36,223 nt of DNA from a virus (lineage: Duplodnaviria > Caudoviricetes), in the IMG/VR virus record IMGVR_UViG_3300024287_000090, positions 1-36,223 of that record. One strand, given 5' to 3'. Of this stretch, positions 18,153 through 27,576 are shown one piece after another; the first letter of the stretch is position 1, and each line of letters begins with the position of its first letter. The notes under the pieces are model-generated. The model saw nothing but the letters and a program-made list of their open reading frames with translations. It was not told the origin of the DNA and ran no database searches. The translations under genes and the position numbers were made by a program.

Positions 18153-20158
18153 CTAATCACAACATTGCTAATATAACCACCAGGAGATTGGCTGCTGGTT
18201 CCAAGGTATAAATTACCAGAGCTCAACGGGGCAGTGAATGTTGTTGTTCCAGATAATGCCTTATTCACGATCTGTCCTGTCATCTTGTTGTTCCCATTGC
18301 TCCAATTGAATTGAATCTGTAACAATTCATAATTATTAAAGGTCGGAGACAGAGAAACTACATGCGCCGCATTATCTTTAAATCTAATTGCCGATGAACC
18401 GTTGTTTTCTTGGATGAAATTAGTTCCCGTGCTTCCCGACATCTGTGTCATTGAATTGGACGGAGACAATCTTGGCTGAGAAGAAGAGAATACAGGATAG
18501 AAATCAAAATTCAATTGACCAACATTGTAATTCATCAGAGATGATGGATACTGGAACTGCGTGCCAAGATACACTGTTGAATCACCACCTGTTGGATGAA
18601 TAGCGACTAATGGTTCTGCCGCTCTTTGCCCTGAATCACATATTTGACACCAGTAGACAATGATAGACTTAGTTGCATCAAGGGAAGAATTATTGTGAAC
18701 AAATGCATCAACACGATGAGTTCCAGCCCCAAATGCAGCCATTGTAAATGGAACATTAGAAATATATGGATCTGTCAATGTTCCTGTTCCACTTATAATA
18801 AAAGAAGAAAGGTCTATTGCGGTTGGAGTAGCACTCCATGTTGAACCACTGACCCAGTAATTAGTTGTGGTCTCATCGAATAAATACAAATAAGCTACAG
18901 CAGAATTTATTCCTCTCCAAACAACGGTAGCAGAACTAACTTGATTTTGAGATAATCCGAAATGGAACCATTTTGCAGATTCCAATGAACCATTATAAGG
19001 CATTGTTATTGCCTGACCATTGATCGCAGAATTAATGGAGTTAGCCTCGGAAGCAATACTCGCTCCAGCAGTAATAGTTAAATTGCTTACTCCGCCAGTT
19101 CCGTCAGTGATTGCCGTACTATACATCGTACATCCATACGATACATTACAAAGGACTCCTTTTTCATTCATCATTGGCCAGTCCCTAGTAAATGCCCATA
19201 TTCTTTTATTTATCGGAATAAATCCAAATGAATTATGTATAGTCGCTGTTGCTGGATAGGTTCCATCTGGTAATTGCATGCCAGATAATTTTTGAAATCT
19301 TTGAAGTATTGTCGCAGCACTAAGTATGGACTGATGACGCATAACTTCTATGATTTGTCCCTTAGTTAATGCCTTTCCGACCACACTGTCCGATAATCCT
19401 ATCCATAAATCGGTCGATGTATCAGTCGATATGTTTCCACTCCCCGTGGATGTTCCAACATTTCCAGAACCTGTGGTAACTGGACGTCCATTGAGATACA
19501 TCGTTAAAACTTTAGATGCACCATCATATGTGAATGTAAGCAGTAAGGTAGACATCTGAGTTACTAACTGAATACATGTGGCATTCGTAGTAACATGGTC
19601 AACCTCTACGTATAATCTGTAATTACCAGCTCCATCATCCTTAGTGTAGACTCTTAGGTTGTATTTGGTCAGAGCGGTGATATATCTTGCCCAAAAACTC
19701 TCTTCTGTTGCTAATACTCCAACCCTTATTAGCATTTCGTAAGTAACCGTGGATGAAGAAGTTAGAGCATGAGCAGCGTTATAAGCTAACTTATAATACT
19801 TTGTCGTCGAAAATGACTCGACACCTTTTCTGTACCCCGTACCAGCAAATCCACCGGTTGGGTATAAAGGAGTTTCTGTGCCTGTTGTTGGAGAACCTGT
19901 GTGGTTAGCAGTCCATCCCCCTGACCTTGACACCCAATTGCTGCCAGCAGTCAAATCATCTGCAACCAAATGGAGATCGGTATTCGCCGTATCGTCCAAT
20001 ACAATTCCATTTCCGGAATTAAGTGGAATAGTGGCTTTTATTGGCAATAATTGGCTGAAAGTAATAGGGATTCTAGATTTTTGTTCTTGGAATACCAAAT
20101 TACTAGCCGTATCTGGGATATTTGATGCCCCAGAATACCAACCATTTCCCTTATTCAC
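18149..20158 (-). CDS. LamG/concanavalin-A-like domain virion protein (fibre or head appendage)
   Basis: TVTYEMLIR...LTFTYDGASKVLTMYLNG...LWIG...GQIIEVM...LSAATI LamG pattern; S/T/G-rich. Confidence 0.75.
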   Translation of the reverse strand: MNKGNGWYSGASNIPDTASNLVFQEQKSRIPITFSQLLPIKATIPLNSGNGIVLDDTANTDLHLVADDLTAGSNWVSRSGGWTANHTGSPTTGTETPLYPTGGFAGTGYRKGVESFSTTKYYKLAYNAAHALTSSSTVTYEMLIRVGVLATEESFWARYITALTKYNLRVYTKDDGAGNYRLYVEVDHVTTNATCIQLVTQMSTLLLTFTYDGASKVLTMYLNGRPVTTGSGNVGTSTGSGNISTDTSTDLWIGLSDSVVGKALTKGQIIEVMRHQSILSAATILQRFQKLSGMQLPDGTYPATATIHNSFGFIPINKRIWAFTRDWPMMNEKGVLCNVSYGCTMYSTAITDGTGGVSNLTITAGASIASEANSINSAINGQAITMPYNGSLESAKWFHFGLSQNQVSSATVVWRGINSAVAYLYLFDETTTNYWVSGSTWSATPTAIDLSSFIISGTGTLTDPYISNVPFTMAAFGAGTHRVDAFVHNNSSLDATKSIIVYWCQICDSGQRAAEPLVAIHPTGGDSTVYLGTQFQYPSSLMNYNVGQLNFDFYPVFSSSQPRLSPSNSMTQMSGSTGTNFIQENNGSSAIRFKDNAAHVVSLSPTFNNYELLQIQFNWSNGNNKMTGQIVNKALSGTTTFTAPLSSGNLYLGTSSQSPGGYISNVVIR

Positions 20159-20589
20159 AGCAAAACCCTTGTGACTATGATCTTAGAAGTCAAAGTACCA
20201 ACTCCACTTGCCTTGTATGCAACTCTGAAAAATGGCATTCCAACCGTAATTTCATAAGGTCCAAGTTTCTGAGCTACACCTGCTCCGGCAACTAATGACT
20301 GAGTAAATGCCTTAGATGTTAGATAATATTCTGGAGGGCTATCGGAACTTGTTGTCAAAGTTGAATAATTAACAATAGGATAATCAAACCATTCACCGGC
20401 CGGGTCATTAACTAATCCTTGCTGAAACTTAAATTCAGCAGAAGTCAAACCTGCGCCAAGCGAGCTACTAATATAAACGCAATACTTATTCTTTTGACTA
20501 AATGGAACAATGGTGCTCCCAGCATAAGTAGTCGCAGAAGTCGTACTATTGAAAACTATGGTCGAATCATAAAAACCAGGTTGAGACAT
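20155..20589 (-). CDS. Probable virion structural protein (beta-rich)
   Basis: 144 aa directly after the capsid gene; GGAG RBS. Confidence 0.6.
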   Translation of the reverse strand: MSQPGFYDSTIVFNSTTSATTYAGSTIVPFSQKNKYCVYISSSLGAGLTSAEFKFQQGLVNDPAGEWFDYPIVNYSTLTTSSDSPPEYYLTSKAFTQSLVAGAGVAQKLGPYEITVGMPFFRVAYKASGVGTLTSKIIVTRVLL

Positions 20590-20619
20590 TTTTTCTCCCT
20601 GAAAATAAAATTAAATATA

Positions 20620-20645
20620 GAAAAAGGAGGGAATTTCACCCTCCT
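20620..20645 (-). terminator. Rho-independent terminator after major capsid gene
   Basis: AGGAGGG-TGAAATT-CCCTCCT followed by T-run on the minus strand. Confidence 0.85.
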
Positions 20646-20663
20646 AATTCTGATTAGTTATTA

Positions 20664-21890
20664 TTACGGAGTGTTGACGATGCCGGTGATAATAAAGTTA
20701 CCACCGATACGTTGACAGAACGGAGCATAGTCCGCCCATGACCGTAATTCGTATGCTGCTTGTTGAGGTAAGTGTATGAAATAATTACCAGGTTGTCCTG
20801 GGATCTCGAAGGTCGTATCGGTAGAGCCAATTCTCATCCACGACCCATCCTGGATAAGTCCGTATGCATAGCCTTCCCAGATAATATCGTGAACTTGTAT
20901 TTCAATGATACCACCAGCTCCATAAAATTTCAAGTTCTGAGTTCCACGTTCGATAATATTTGGTGAATAACTTTGATCGGCATGACGTACGCCACCCGCT
21001 TCAATAGTGTTTTCCAAATCAGCGAACGTTTTTGGATTCACATAGAGCTTGATTTTACCGCGTGCACCCTTAGGACGAGCTTGAGCGGCCGCACGAATCA
21101 CCTTTTCAAAGGTTAGAGTTGCCGCACCCGCACTATAACTGGTTGCCTTCCAAAGATTGTAAGTTCCCGCATCAATACCAAAGATCAAACCATTATTGGT
21201 TAAAATCTTATGGATTCCTGCGAATTCATTTCCAAAATTGTTCTCAAAATAAAGAACATCGGTGCCGACAATACCAGCACCTTCGCCTGCGCTTAGGGTA
21301 ATTGTACGATTGTCCAAATCAACTGAAACAATCGTTGCAATCTTCTTGAATACGCCAGCTGACGAGCGGATTTCAACTCGCATCGTTTCGGCACCTGTCC
21401 AAATTCCAGGTCCCCAGTTCGCAGTAAGCATATTCAATGTATCCACGGTGACCGTATCAACGGTACCTAGACCCATTTGGCCATACATCATCAAGGTTTC
21501 AAGCTTAATCATGTGCGAACTACGTACGAACTCGACCATAATCTGCGTCTCATTTTTGAACGCAGCCTTGGATGAAGCCGCACGAGATGCTGCCACATAG
21601 CTCATTTGATCGCGAAGGATTGACTGATAAGCGTCAACGTTCGCTTCTTTCCAGGTTCCAGCAACCGAAGTATTGAGATTCAATACTGATTGGCTAGAAG
21701 TCATCGAGAAAGACTGAGGATAAACCAAAGCGACAGGAACAAGATATTGTCTGCCAAGTCGTGCTTTTTGTTCAAAAGGAATATCTTCTGTCAGGATAAT
21801 GTCTTCAGGTTTGACCTTTACAACATTATCGCCATAGACGTATTTAAAATTACCATTTAAGGTTCCAAGCGTTTCAATAGGACCAGCCAT
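20664..21890 (-). CDS. Major capsid protein
   Basis: 408 aa, downstream of scaffold, strong RBS, followed by terminator; HK97-like spine helix and LYVNP motif. Confidence 0.85.
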   Translation of the reverse strand: MAGPIETLGTLNGNFKYVYGDNVVKVKPEDIILTEDIPFEQKARLGRQYLVPVALVYPQSFSMTSSQSVLNLNTSVAGTWKEANVDAYQSILRDQMSYVAASRAASSKAAFKNETQIMVEFVRSSHMIKLETLMMYGQMGLGTVDTVTVDTLNMLTANWGPGIWTGAETMRVEIRSSAGVFKKIATIVSVDLDNRTITLSAGEGAGIVGTDVLYFENNFGNEFAGIHKILTNNGLIFGIDAGTYNLWKATSYSAGAATLTFEKVIRAAAQARPKGARGKIKLYVNPKTFADLENTIEAGGVRHADQSYSPNIIERGTQNLKFYGAGGIIEIQVHDIIWEGYAYGLIQDGSWMRIGSTDTTFEIPGQPGNYFIHLPQQAAYELRSWADYAPFCQRIGGNFIITGIVNTP

Positions 21891-21903
21891 TTTTCATTTC
21901 TCC

Positions 21904-22386
21904 TTAGATTGTATTTCCATTGGGTAAATATTTAACGATAATTGGGAACGTATGAGTTACGCTTGCAAAATCTAACTGCAGAGTCGTACAGCTAACGACA
22001 AATGCAATATTTCCACTTGCAGTAACTCCGGTATTTGAATTTCCAGCCAACGTCACAACTCCAGCTGTCATTTGCGACGAAATAATACCCAAAGTTGGCA
22101 CTTGAATATCAACGATTCTTTTTGCCGTTGAAGTAAATATCAATATTCCAACTGTGGATGGCGCTGCATTGGAATCGAGAGTTCCAAAGTTTGCACCCGG
22201 ATCATCTGGTGTTGGCTGTCCTGAAGTTTCAGCATAGCAAATCACTCCCCCTGGCATATTGGTTCCGGTAGTGATATTAGCCGCAACAACATTTCCATTG
22301 AGAGTAATCATGCAGTCAACTTGCCTAACCCCGGTTTTTAATGACTCGAGATAAAGGTTATTTGAATATTTAACTGTATTTGCCAT
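21904..22386 (-). CDS. Virion protein paralog 3 (possible capsid decoration)
   Basis: QPTPDDPGANFGTLDSN motif; start at ATG 22386 gives 160 aa like its paralogs. Confidence 0.7.
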   Translation of the reverse strand: MANTVKYSNNLYLESLKTGVRQVDCMITLNGNVVAANITTGTNMPGGVICYAETSGQPTPDDPGANFGTLDSNAAPSTVGILIFTSTAKRIVDIQVPTLGIISSQMTAGVVTLAGNSNTGVTASGNIAFVVSCTTLQLDFASVTHTFPIIVKYLPNGNTI

Positions 22387-22394
22387 AAATATTC

Positions 22395-22877
22395 TTAACT
22401 CCCACTCACAGGTAGGCATAAGTATTGAATGACTACATTGAAGCTATGATTGGTAATTGATTTGTCTATTTCCAGACCAGAACAAGTGATCACCAAGGCA
22501 ATGTTTCCGCTAGCAGTTATTCCAGTGCTGGATAATCCAACTTTGGTTACTGAACCAGTAAACATTGTTCCAGATGAAATGCTTTGAAACGGAACATAGG
22601 CATCAATTATTCGACCAGCATTTCCAGTGAGAGCAAGAATGCCAATCGTGCTAGGATCCGTATTCGAATCCAAAGTTCCAAAGTTTGCTCCACTGTCTGC
22701 CGGTGTAGGTTGAGCTCCATTTTCGACATAAGGGATTACTCCCGTAGTGTCAGTTCCGGCCTTTATGGATGGCTCATTGGTGTTACCGTAGATTGTGATA
22801 TAAGCCACGATTTCACGCACAGCCAGTCTGGATGATTCAAAACCAGAACTATTTACGAATTCAATTGCTTGTGACAT
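22395..22877 (-). CDS. Virion protein paralog 2 (possible capsid decoration)
   Basis: QPTPADSGANFGTLDSN motif; AGGAG RBS. Confidence 0.7.
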   Translation of the reverse strand: MSQAIEFVNSSGFESSRLAVREIVAYITIYGNTNEPSIKAGTDTTGVIPYVENGAQPTPADSGANFGTLDSNTDPSTIGILALTGNAGRIIDAYVPFQSISSGTMFTGSVTKVGLSSTGITASGNIALVITCSGLEIDKSITNHSFNVVIQYLCLPVSGS

Positions 22878-22886
22878 TGAATTCTC

Positions 22887-23384
22887 CTAGCTCACATTCT
22901 GAGGAGTACAAACATAACGAACAATGACGTTGAAAGTCGTTGTATTTGTATTCGCATCACCATCGAGACCAGTGCAGCTAATTACCGCTGCGACATTCCC
23001 GCTCGCTGTCACACCCGTACTGGATGCACCAGCCAACGTCACAACTCCAGCTGTCATAGCTCCGCTTGAGATTGTTTCAGTTGGAACGTTAATGCTAACG
23101 ATTCTTAAGGCATTTCCTGTGGCTACAGTCGCGCCAGTAAGTATTAATAGTCCCACAGTTGTAGGTGCTGCGTTGGAATCCAATGTCCCAAAGTTTGCTC
23201 CAGAATCAACAGGAGTCGGCTGGACGTTAGTCTCAGCATACATTTTGATTGCTGTAACATCAGAATAAATAACTATATTCGCAGGAGTTGTATTGGCCTT
23301 AAATGTAACTAAAGCATTACACTCCCTGATTCTAAGACGTGATGCTTCTAATGAGGCATCACCAAATTCGACATCTGCTGCCAT
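22887..23384 (-). CDS. Virion protein paralog 1 (possible capsid decoration)
   Basis: QPTPVDSGANFGTLDSN motif; AGGAG RBS. Confidence 0.7.
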   Translation of the reverse strand: MAADVEFGDASLEASRLRIRECNALVTFKANTTPANIVIYSDVTAIKMYAETNVQPTPVDSGANFGTLDSNAAPTTVGLLILTGATVATGNALRIVSINVPTETISSGAMTAGVVTLAGASSTGVTASGNVAAVISCTGLDGDANTNTTTFNVIVRYVCTPQNVS

Positions 23385-23392
23385 TTTAGCTC

Positions 23393-24361
23393 CTAACGGG
23401 ATTTAATGAATTGTCGCCATTCCTGAGGCGTCATTTTTGCGGATGACGGCACAGGCGTGGAAGGTTTGTCAGTCTGAATCCTTTTAACAGGCTGACCCGG
23501 AGTTTTAACTTTATTAATTAATCTCTTTTGAATGGTCTTAATTACGCCTGTATCTTTTAACCATTCTTCCAAAAGATTGCCGTCAGGGTCTTTTTGGACT
23601 AATTCGTTAAGATACATCTTTAGACCACTACGTCTATTTTCCAGCATCTGCTCGGCAGCCGTCGCGAAATCCATGTCCACGCCTTTTTGGTTGCCAATTG
23701 CAATCAAGTTCGCCATCTCACGCAAATCCATCTTTGTGTAAGGTAGGTTACGACTTACAATCTGGGCCTTAAATTGCTGGTCATATTCATTCATGTGGTG
23801 CTGTTCGAGCATCTGCATGTAATGCTGCTGCTTAGCTTGTTCTTGCTGTTGAATCTGCTGTTTCAGACGTTCATTCTCTCTTTGAGCTTCGGTCATTTGC
23901 CGTTGCTCCGGAGACATTTGAAGTTCTTTTGTTTTCTGTTCAGCTATTTTAAGCAGGGCTTCTTCTATTTGTTGGTCATTAAACCGCAGCTTAAGGAATT
24001 TCTCAGGGTCATTGGCCTCACCGAATTTGTGCTCAAGTTGTTTGAGCATCTTTTCGTATTTAGCCTTCTCTTCGAAAGCCTGATGCATGCCTTTTTTGAC
24101 ATTAGGGAAATCTTTAACGATTTTCTCTAACTCAGTCGGGTCATACTCTTTATCGGCGAGCTTAATCTTCTGGATGGCTTTTTGAATCTGTTGCTGCTGC
24201 TTGGATTTACCATTTTGAACTGCTTCAACCGCATCACCCATGACATTTTTGTCAGGAGAAGATTCCGTGTTGTTACCATATGCGGCATAAATGTCAGAGT
24301 AGTCGTTTGTTTGCTGAATTTCTGGCGAAGAAGTATCAGTTTGGGTGGTATTTAAATCCAT
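23393..24361 (-). CDS. Capsid scaffolding protein
   Basis: Acidic N-terminus, long coiled coil, KMTPQEWRQF C-terminal helix; between portal and capsid genes. Confidence 0.8.
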   Translation of the reverse strand: MDLNTTQTDTSSPEIQQTNDYSDIYAAYGNNTESSPDKNVMGDAVEAVQNGKSKQQQQIQKAIQKIKLADKEYDPTELEKIVKDFPNVKKGMHQAFEEKAKYEKMLKQLEHKFGEANDPEKFLKLRFNDQQIEEALLKIAEQKTKELQMSPEQRQMTEAQRENERLKQQIQQQEQAKQQHYMQMLEQHHMNEYDQQFKAQIVSRNLPYTKMDLREMANLIAIGNQKGVDMDFATAAEQMLENRRSGLKMYLNELVQKDPDGNLLEEWLKDTGVIKTIQKRLINKVKTPGQPVKRIQTDKPSTPVPSSAKMTPQEWRQFIKSR

Positions 24362-24401
24362 AGTATGACATCACTGTCACACCAGTATGACATCAATGTC
24401 A
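24362..24401. repeat. Tandem 18-bp repeat, each copy with a TGACA-N4-TGTCA palindrome
   Basis: agtatgacatcactgtca (24362-24379) and agtatgacatcaatgtca (24384-24401), period 22. Confidence 0.85.
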
Positions 24402-24611
24402 ATAGTTTTTGAATGGAGGTGGTTTAACTTCTTTTGGTTTGTCTTGATGGGATGATATAAGAATTAGTTCATATTCATTTCCTGATGGTGATTTTTCAAT
24501 AAACCAACTAATCACATTGGTTTTTTTATCATCAGACGAAAGAATGTGGATATGTGTATTGTCTGGTATGCTTAAATCTACGAATAATCTACGGAGTTCC
24601 CCAACAGTCAT
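24399..24611 (-). CDS. Small hypothetical protein (MTVGEL... family)
   Basis: 70 aa; N-terminus like 845-1003 and 35336-35533. Confidence 0.7.
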   Translation of the reverse strand: MTVGELRRLFVDLSIPDNTHIHILSSDDKKTNVISWFIEKSPSGNEYELILISSHQDKPKEVKPPPFKNY

Positions 24612-24613
24612 AA

Positions 24614-24757
24614 TTATTTCTTTTTCTTTTTTTCTCCGGCCTGCGAATAAGCAATTGCCACGGCCTGTTTAACTGGTTTACCTGATTTTACTTCTGCTTT
24701 AACATTCTTGGCAAATCCTTTTTTAGTCTTTGCTGCTGCACCTTTTACTAATGGCAT
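24614..24757 (-). CDS. Small basic phage protein, 47 aa (MPL.KG...GKP.KQAVAIA family)
   Basis: Not in ORF track; MPLVKGAAAKTKKGFAKNVKAEVKSGKPVKQAVAIAYSQAGEKKKKK, a motif I recognise from phage head regions. Confidence 0.85.
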   Translation of the reverse strand: MPLVKGAAAKTKKGFAKNVKAEVKSGKPVKQAVAIAYSQAGEKKKKK

Positions 24758-24759
24758 AA

Positions 24760-24957
24760 TCATTCCCTTATTTTTGAACACTCAGAACGTTTACAAAAAT
24801 TATGATAAGTTTTTTCATCTTCGGATTCATCGTCTTTTGAAAATTGAACAGTATCACTATGAATGCAGTGATCGACAACTGTTCCTATCCCTTTCCACCC
24901 AGATATTGTCCTCGTTTTTAATCTTATTTTATCACCCTCTTGTAGTTCTCTTCTCAT
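24760..24957 (-). CDS. Small hypothetical protein (SH3/KOW-like pattern)
   Basis: LQEGDKIRLK...GIGTVV; ATGA overlap. Confidence 0.65.
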   Translation of the reverse strand: MRRELQEGDKIRLKTRTISGWKGIGTVVDHCIHSDTVQFSKDDESEDEKTYHNFCKRSECSKIRE

Positions 24958-25367
24958 GGCGTGAAAATCCTATCAACACTTGAATGGTCGACTAACTGAA
25001 TATGAATATATCCGCTCGTCAAACTATTGTCGCAGACATATAAATCAATCGTGTCAAGTAACCCACTCTGTGTCAAATAAGTATACAGCGAACCGTCAAA
25101 ATCATCCAAATCAAGCGCATCACCTGACTCATGCATTGATTCGAGATACGCATTGTTATCCTGAGTATTATTTGCATCTGCCATCCAACCCATTCTGATG
25201 CCAATTGGGTCGCGTGAATCTTCAATCAATGCTGCATTAAGTGCATCAAGTTTGGTTGCCCATGTTTCAAAATTGGCCAATGTTTCTGTGTCTACATCAT
25301 CGAGTTGTGGGTCAATGGCAAATATGTAGTTTTTAAGAGATGGAGATAGAGACATATAGTCAAGCAT
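24954..25367 (-). CDS. Hypothetical acidic protein
   Basis: 137 aa; TAATG coupling to portal. Confidence 0.75.
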   Translation of the reverse strand: MLDYMSLSPSLKNYIFAIDPQLDDVDTETLANFETWATKLDALNAALIEDSRDPIGIRMGWMADANNTQDNNAYLESMHESGDALDLDDFDGSLYTYLTQSGLLDTIDLYVCDNSLTSGYIHIQLVDHSSVDRIFTP

Positions 25368-27337
25368 TAGTGTGGCTCCATTGGTTGTGCTCCAGGTTGT
25401 GGTGATTGTCCTTGAATATGGCTAAGTTGCGGTGGGGGTCCTTGTGGTGGAGGGCCAGCCATAGACGGAGGTCCACCCTGCTGAGGAGGCGGTGTCATGT
25501 TCATTTGTGGTGGCTGTTGAATCATATTCCCCATTGCATCAAACTGAATCCCCTGTAATGCCATTTGGTGTTTCATAATGTGATTAAGCGCTATCTGGGT
25601 CATCTGTGGATTCATACGAACCTGAGGCGTATCGAGCACCGTCAAATGTTCTGAAATGTCCATTTCGTGTGGGTCGGTATTAAGCATGATCGGCTCTTGA
25701 CCGTTCATTAGCATTCTATTCTCTTCACGGATACGTTTCAGGCTTGATAAAGGTGCTTTAAGTAGTGGGTCAATGTTCCCGGTTTCACTTAGTGTGAGGT
25801 ATTCTTGTGGGGTAGTCAACATGCCTGCACCAAGTAATGCTTCTGCTTTCTCAAGCTTGCCAGTGACAGTTTGGCTGAATGGATCAACTACTTCGGCTCT
25901 CACACGAGCCAAACGCATCATGGTTTCGTTGTCCCACGCGAAGCTTTCTGCGATTTTATTTTCGCCAACAATTTGCGCCATTCTTTCAGTCGTCGCAAAC
26001 TTTTGAAGTAACTTAAGTATGAAGTTCCCAACATCTTCTGTGAAATTAACAACCGACATTTGGAAACCAGACATAAACTGAATTGCCATAGATTGGACAA
26101 TCGCAAGAGCGCGGCCGCTTTTAAGGTTTTCACTCGGATTTCCTCTCATGACGGAATTGATCCCCGTCAATTCTTCCATTAAGTTACTGATTAATTGCGG
26201 AACCTGCATGAGCTCAGGTGGAATATTAAGCAAGCTCAAAGCCTGTGGAGGCTCAGTACCTGGCGCATATTCAATTACATTTCGACCACCAGCTAAACTC
26301 GATGCACTGATGTCGCTTCCTCTTTGGACAACGATATCTCCAGCACCGTGAGCCGACACCTGAGTTGCGACACAAGTGAGTACAAGATTGTATAACATTT
26401 GCAGAGGTGCGATATCGTTAGAGGGAGTGTATCCATAACAAGTTCCAATACCTTCCATCGGCGTAACCCTGAAGACCGGGATACCATCGTAGGGATTAAC
26501 ATCATCGTAAAGCACACAATCATTACCAGCCATAATAACGTAACGACCATTAGGCAAAAAGTTGCTGCTGACAGGTTTATGAAACATCTTATAAACAAAG
26601 ATATCATCGGTCTCCATTGGGTCGAATACAAATAATGACTTCTGCATTCGGTCTTTTGACTCAATTTTAAGTATTTTATCGGCTAAGTCAGGATATTGTG
26701 CGGCCAAGGTGTATTTGTTTTGGAATTCCCTAACAATAACCCATTCCAAGTCTTCCCACTCTTCTTTCCCTTGGTCCCAGTAAACATCGAATGGTGAACG
26801 CGCACGAATCCGCACATCGCCTTGGGAGATAATGGTTGAGTCATCTTTAGGCACCCATGCTTCACCACTCATGGCATCCCATTCAACTGTGCAGAAACCC
26901 GTGCCGAAGATAAGACTGAACTCCCCAGCCTTCTTGATGTGTCGAGCAGCCTTTTGTGTCTTCATGATGTCTTCGATGACACTATCGAATAACATCGCTG
27001 CATCAAGGCTTGGTCCTTCACTATTGCCTGCCACTGCCTTAATAGCTGGAGGCTTAGCGAACATAAGATTAAGAATATGCTGAACGAAATTGCGGAATAA
27101 GTTCCCCTTAATTCTGAGATATTCGCCGTTGTCGCCACCCACAGCAAAGGAATCCCACACTGGGTAACCGTAAGCGAATGGGTCAATGTTATAATAGAGA
27201 CGATAATTGCGTCTAAACTGATGAATCATCCCATTACGATGAAGACCAGAGTTCCACTGAGTCACACGAGTTGCAATTTCTTCGGCAATCTTACTCGTCG
27301 ACATCGTTCCAAGATAGTCATCAAACGCTACATTCAT
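25367..27337 (-). CDS. Portal protein (P22-like podoviral type)
   Basis: 656 aa after TerL; SLIFGTGF, SPFDVYWD, ELTGINSVMRG..SGRAL patterns; Pro/Gln-rich tail. Confidence 0.88.
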   Translation of the reverse strand: MNVAFDDYLGTMSTSKIAEEIATRVTQWNSGLHRNGMIHQFRRNYRLYYNIDPFAYGYPVWDSFAVGGDNGEYLRIKGNLFRNFVQHILNLMFAKPPAIKAVAGNSEGPSLDAAMLFDSVIEDIMKTQKAARHIKKAGEFSLIFGTGFCTVEWDAMSGEAWVPKDDSTIISQGDVRIRARSPFDVYWDQGKEEWEDLEWVIVREFQNKYTLAAQYPDLADKILKIESKDRMQKSLFVFDPMETDDIFVYKMFHKPVSSNFLPNGRYVIMAGNDCVLYDDVNPYDGIPVFRVTPMEGIGTCYGYTPSNDIAPLQMLYNLVLTCVATQVSAHGAGDIVVQRGSDISASSLAGGRNVIEYAPGTEPPQALSLLNIPPELMQVPQLISNLMEELTGINSVMRGNPSENLKSGRALAIVQSMAIQFMSGFQMSVVNFTEDVGNFILKLLQKFATTERMAQIVGENKIAESFAWDNETMMRLARVRAEVVDPFSQTVTGKLEKAEALLGAGMLTTPQEYLTLSETGNIDPLLKAPLSSLKRIREENRMLMNGQEPIMLNTDPHEMDISEHLTVLDTPQVRMNPQMTQIALNHIMKHQMALQGIQFDAMGNMIQQPPQMNMTPPPQQGGPPSMAGPPPQGPPPQLSHIQGQSPQPGAQPMEPH

Positions 27338-27576
27338 TTTTTATCCTTGATTTCTGAATATGATTTATCTTGTTCAGATTTAAGTGAATTAAACAACAAT
27401 GGTGGGTCAATCATAATCCATTCAACTCCATCATCGCATTCTAGTTCTTTTATATTCTCAATTATTGCGTCATAAAGGAGAAATGAGTGTTTATGACGCT
27501 TATATAATCCGACCGCATAAATACCATTACCATTCCTTATGAAATACCAATTGTTTTCTTTTAATTTATCCTTCAA
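27334..27576 (-). CDS. Hypothetical protein (paralog of 30308-30583)
   Basis: 80 aa between TerL and portal with overlaps at both ends. Confidence 0.7.
   Translation of the reverse strand: MKDKLKENNWYFIRNGNGIYAVGLYKRHKHSFLLYDAIIENIKELECDDGVEWIMIDPPLLFNSLKSEQDKSYSEIKDKK

Noticed and set aside
24362-24401. Mini-CRISPR array
   Set aside because: Only two 18-bp units separated by 4 bp; no spacer-sized inserts and no cas genes
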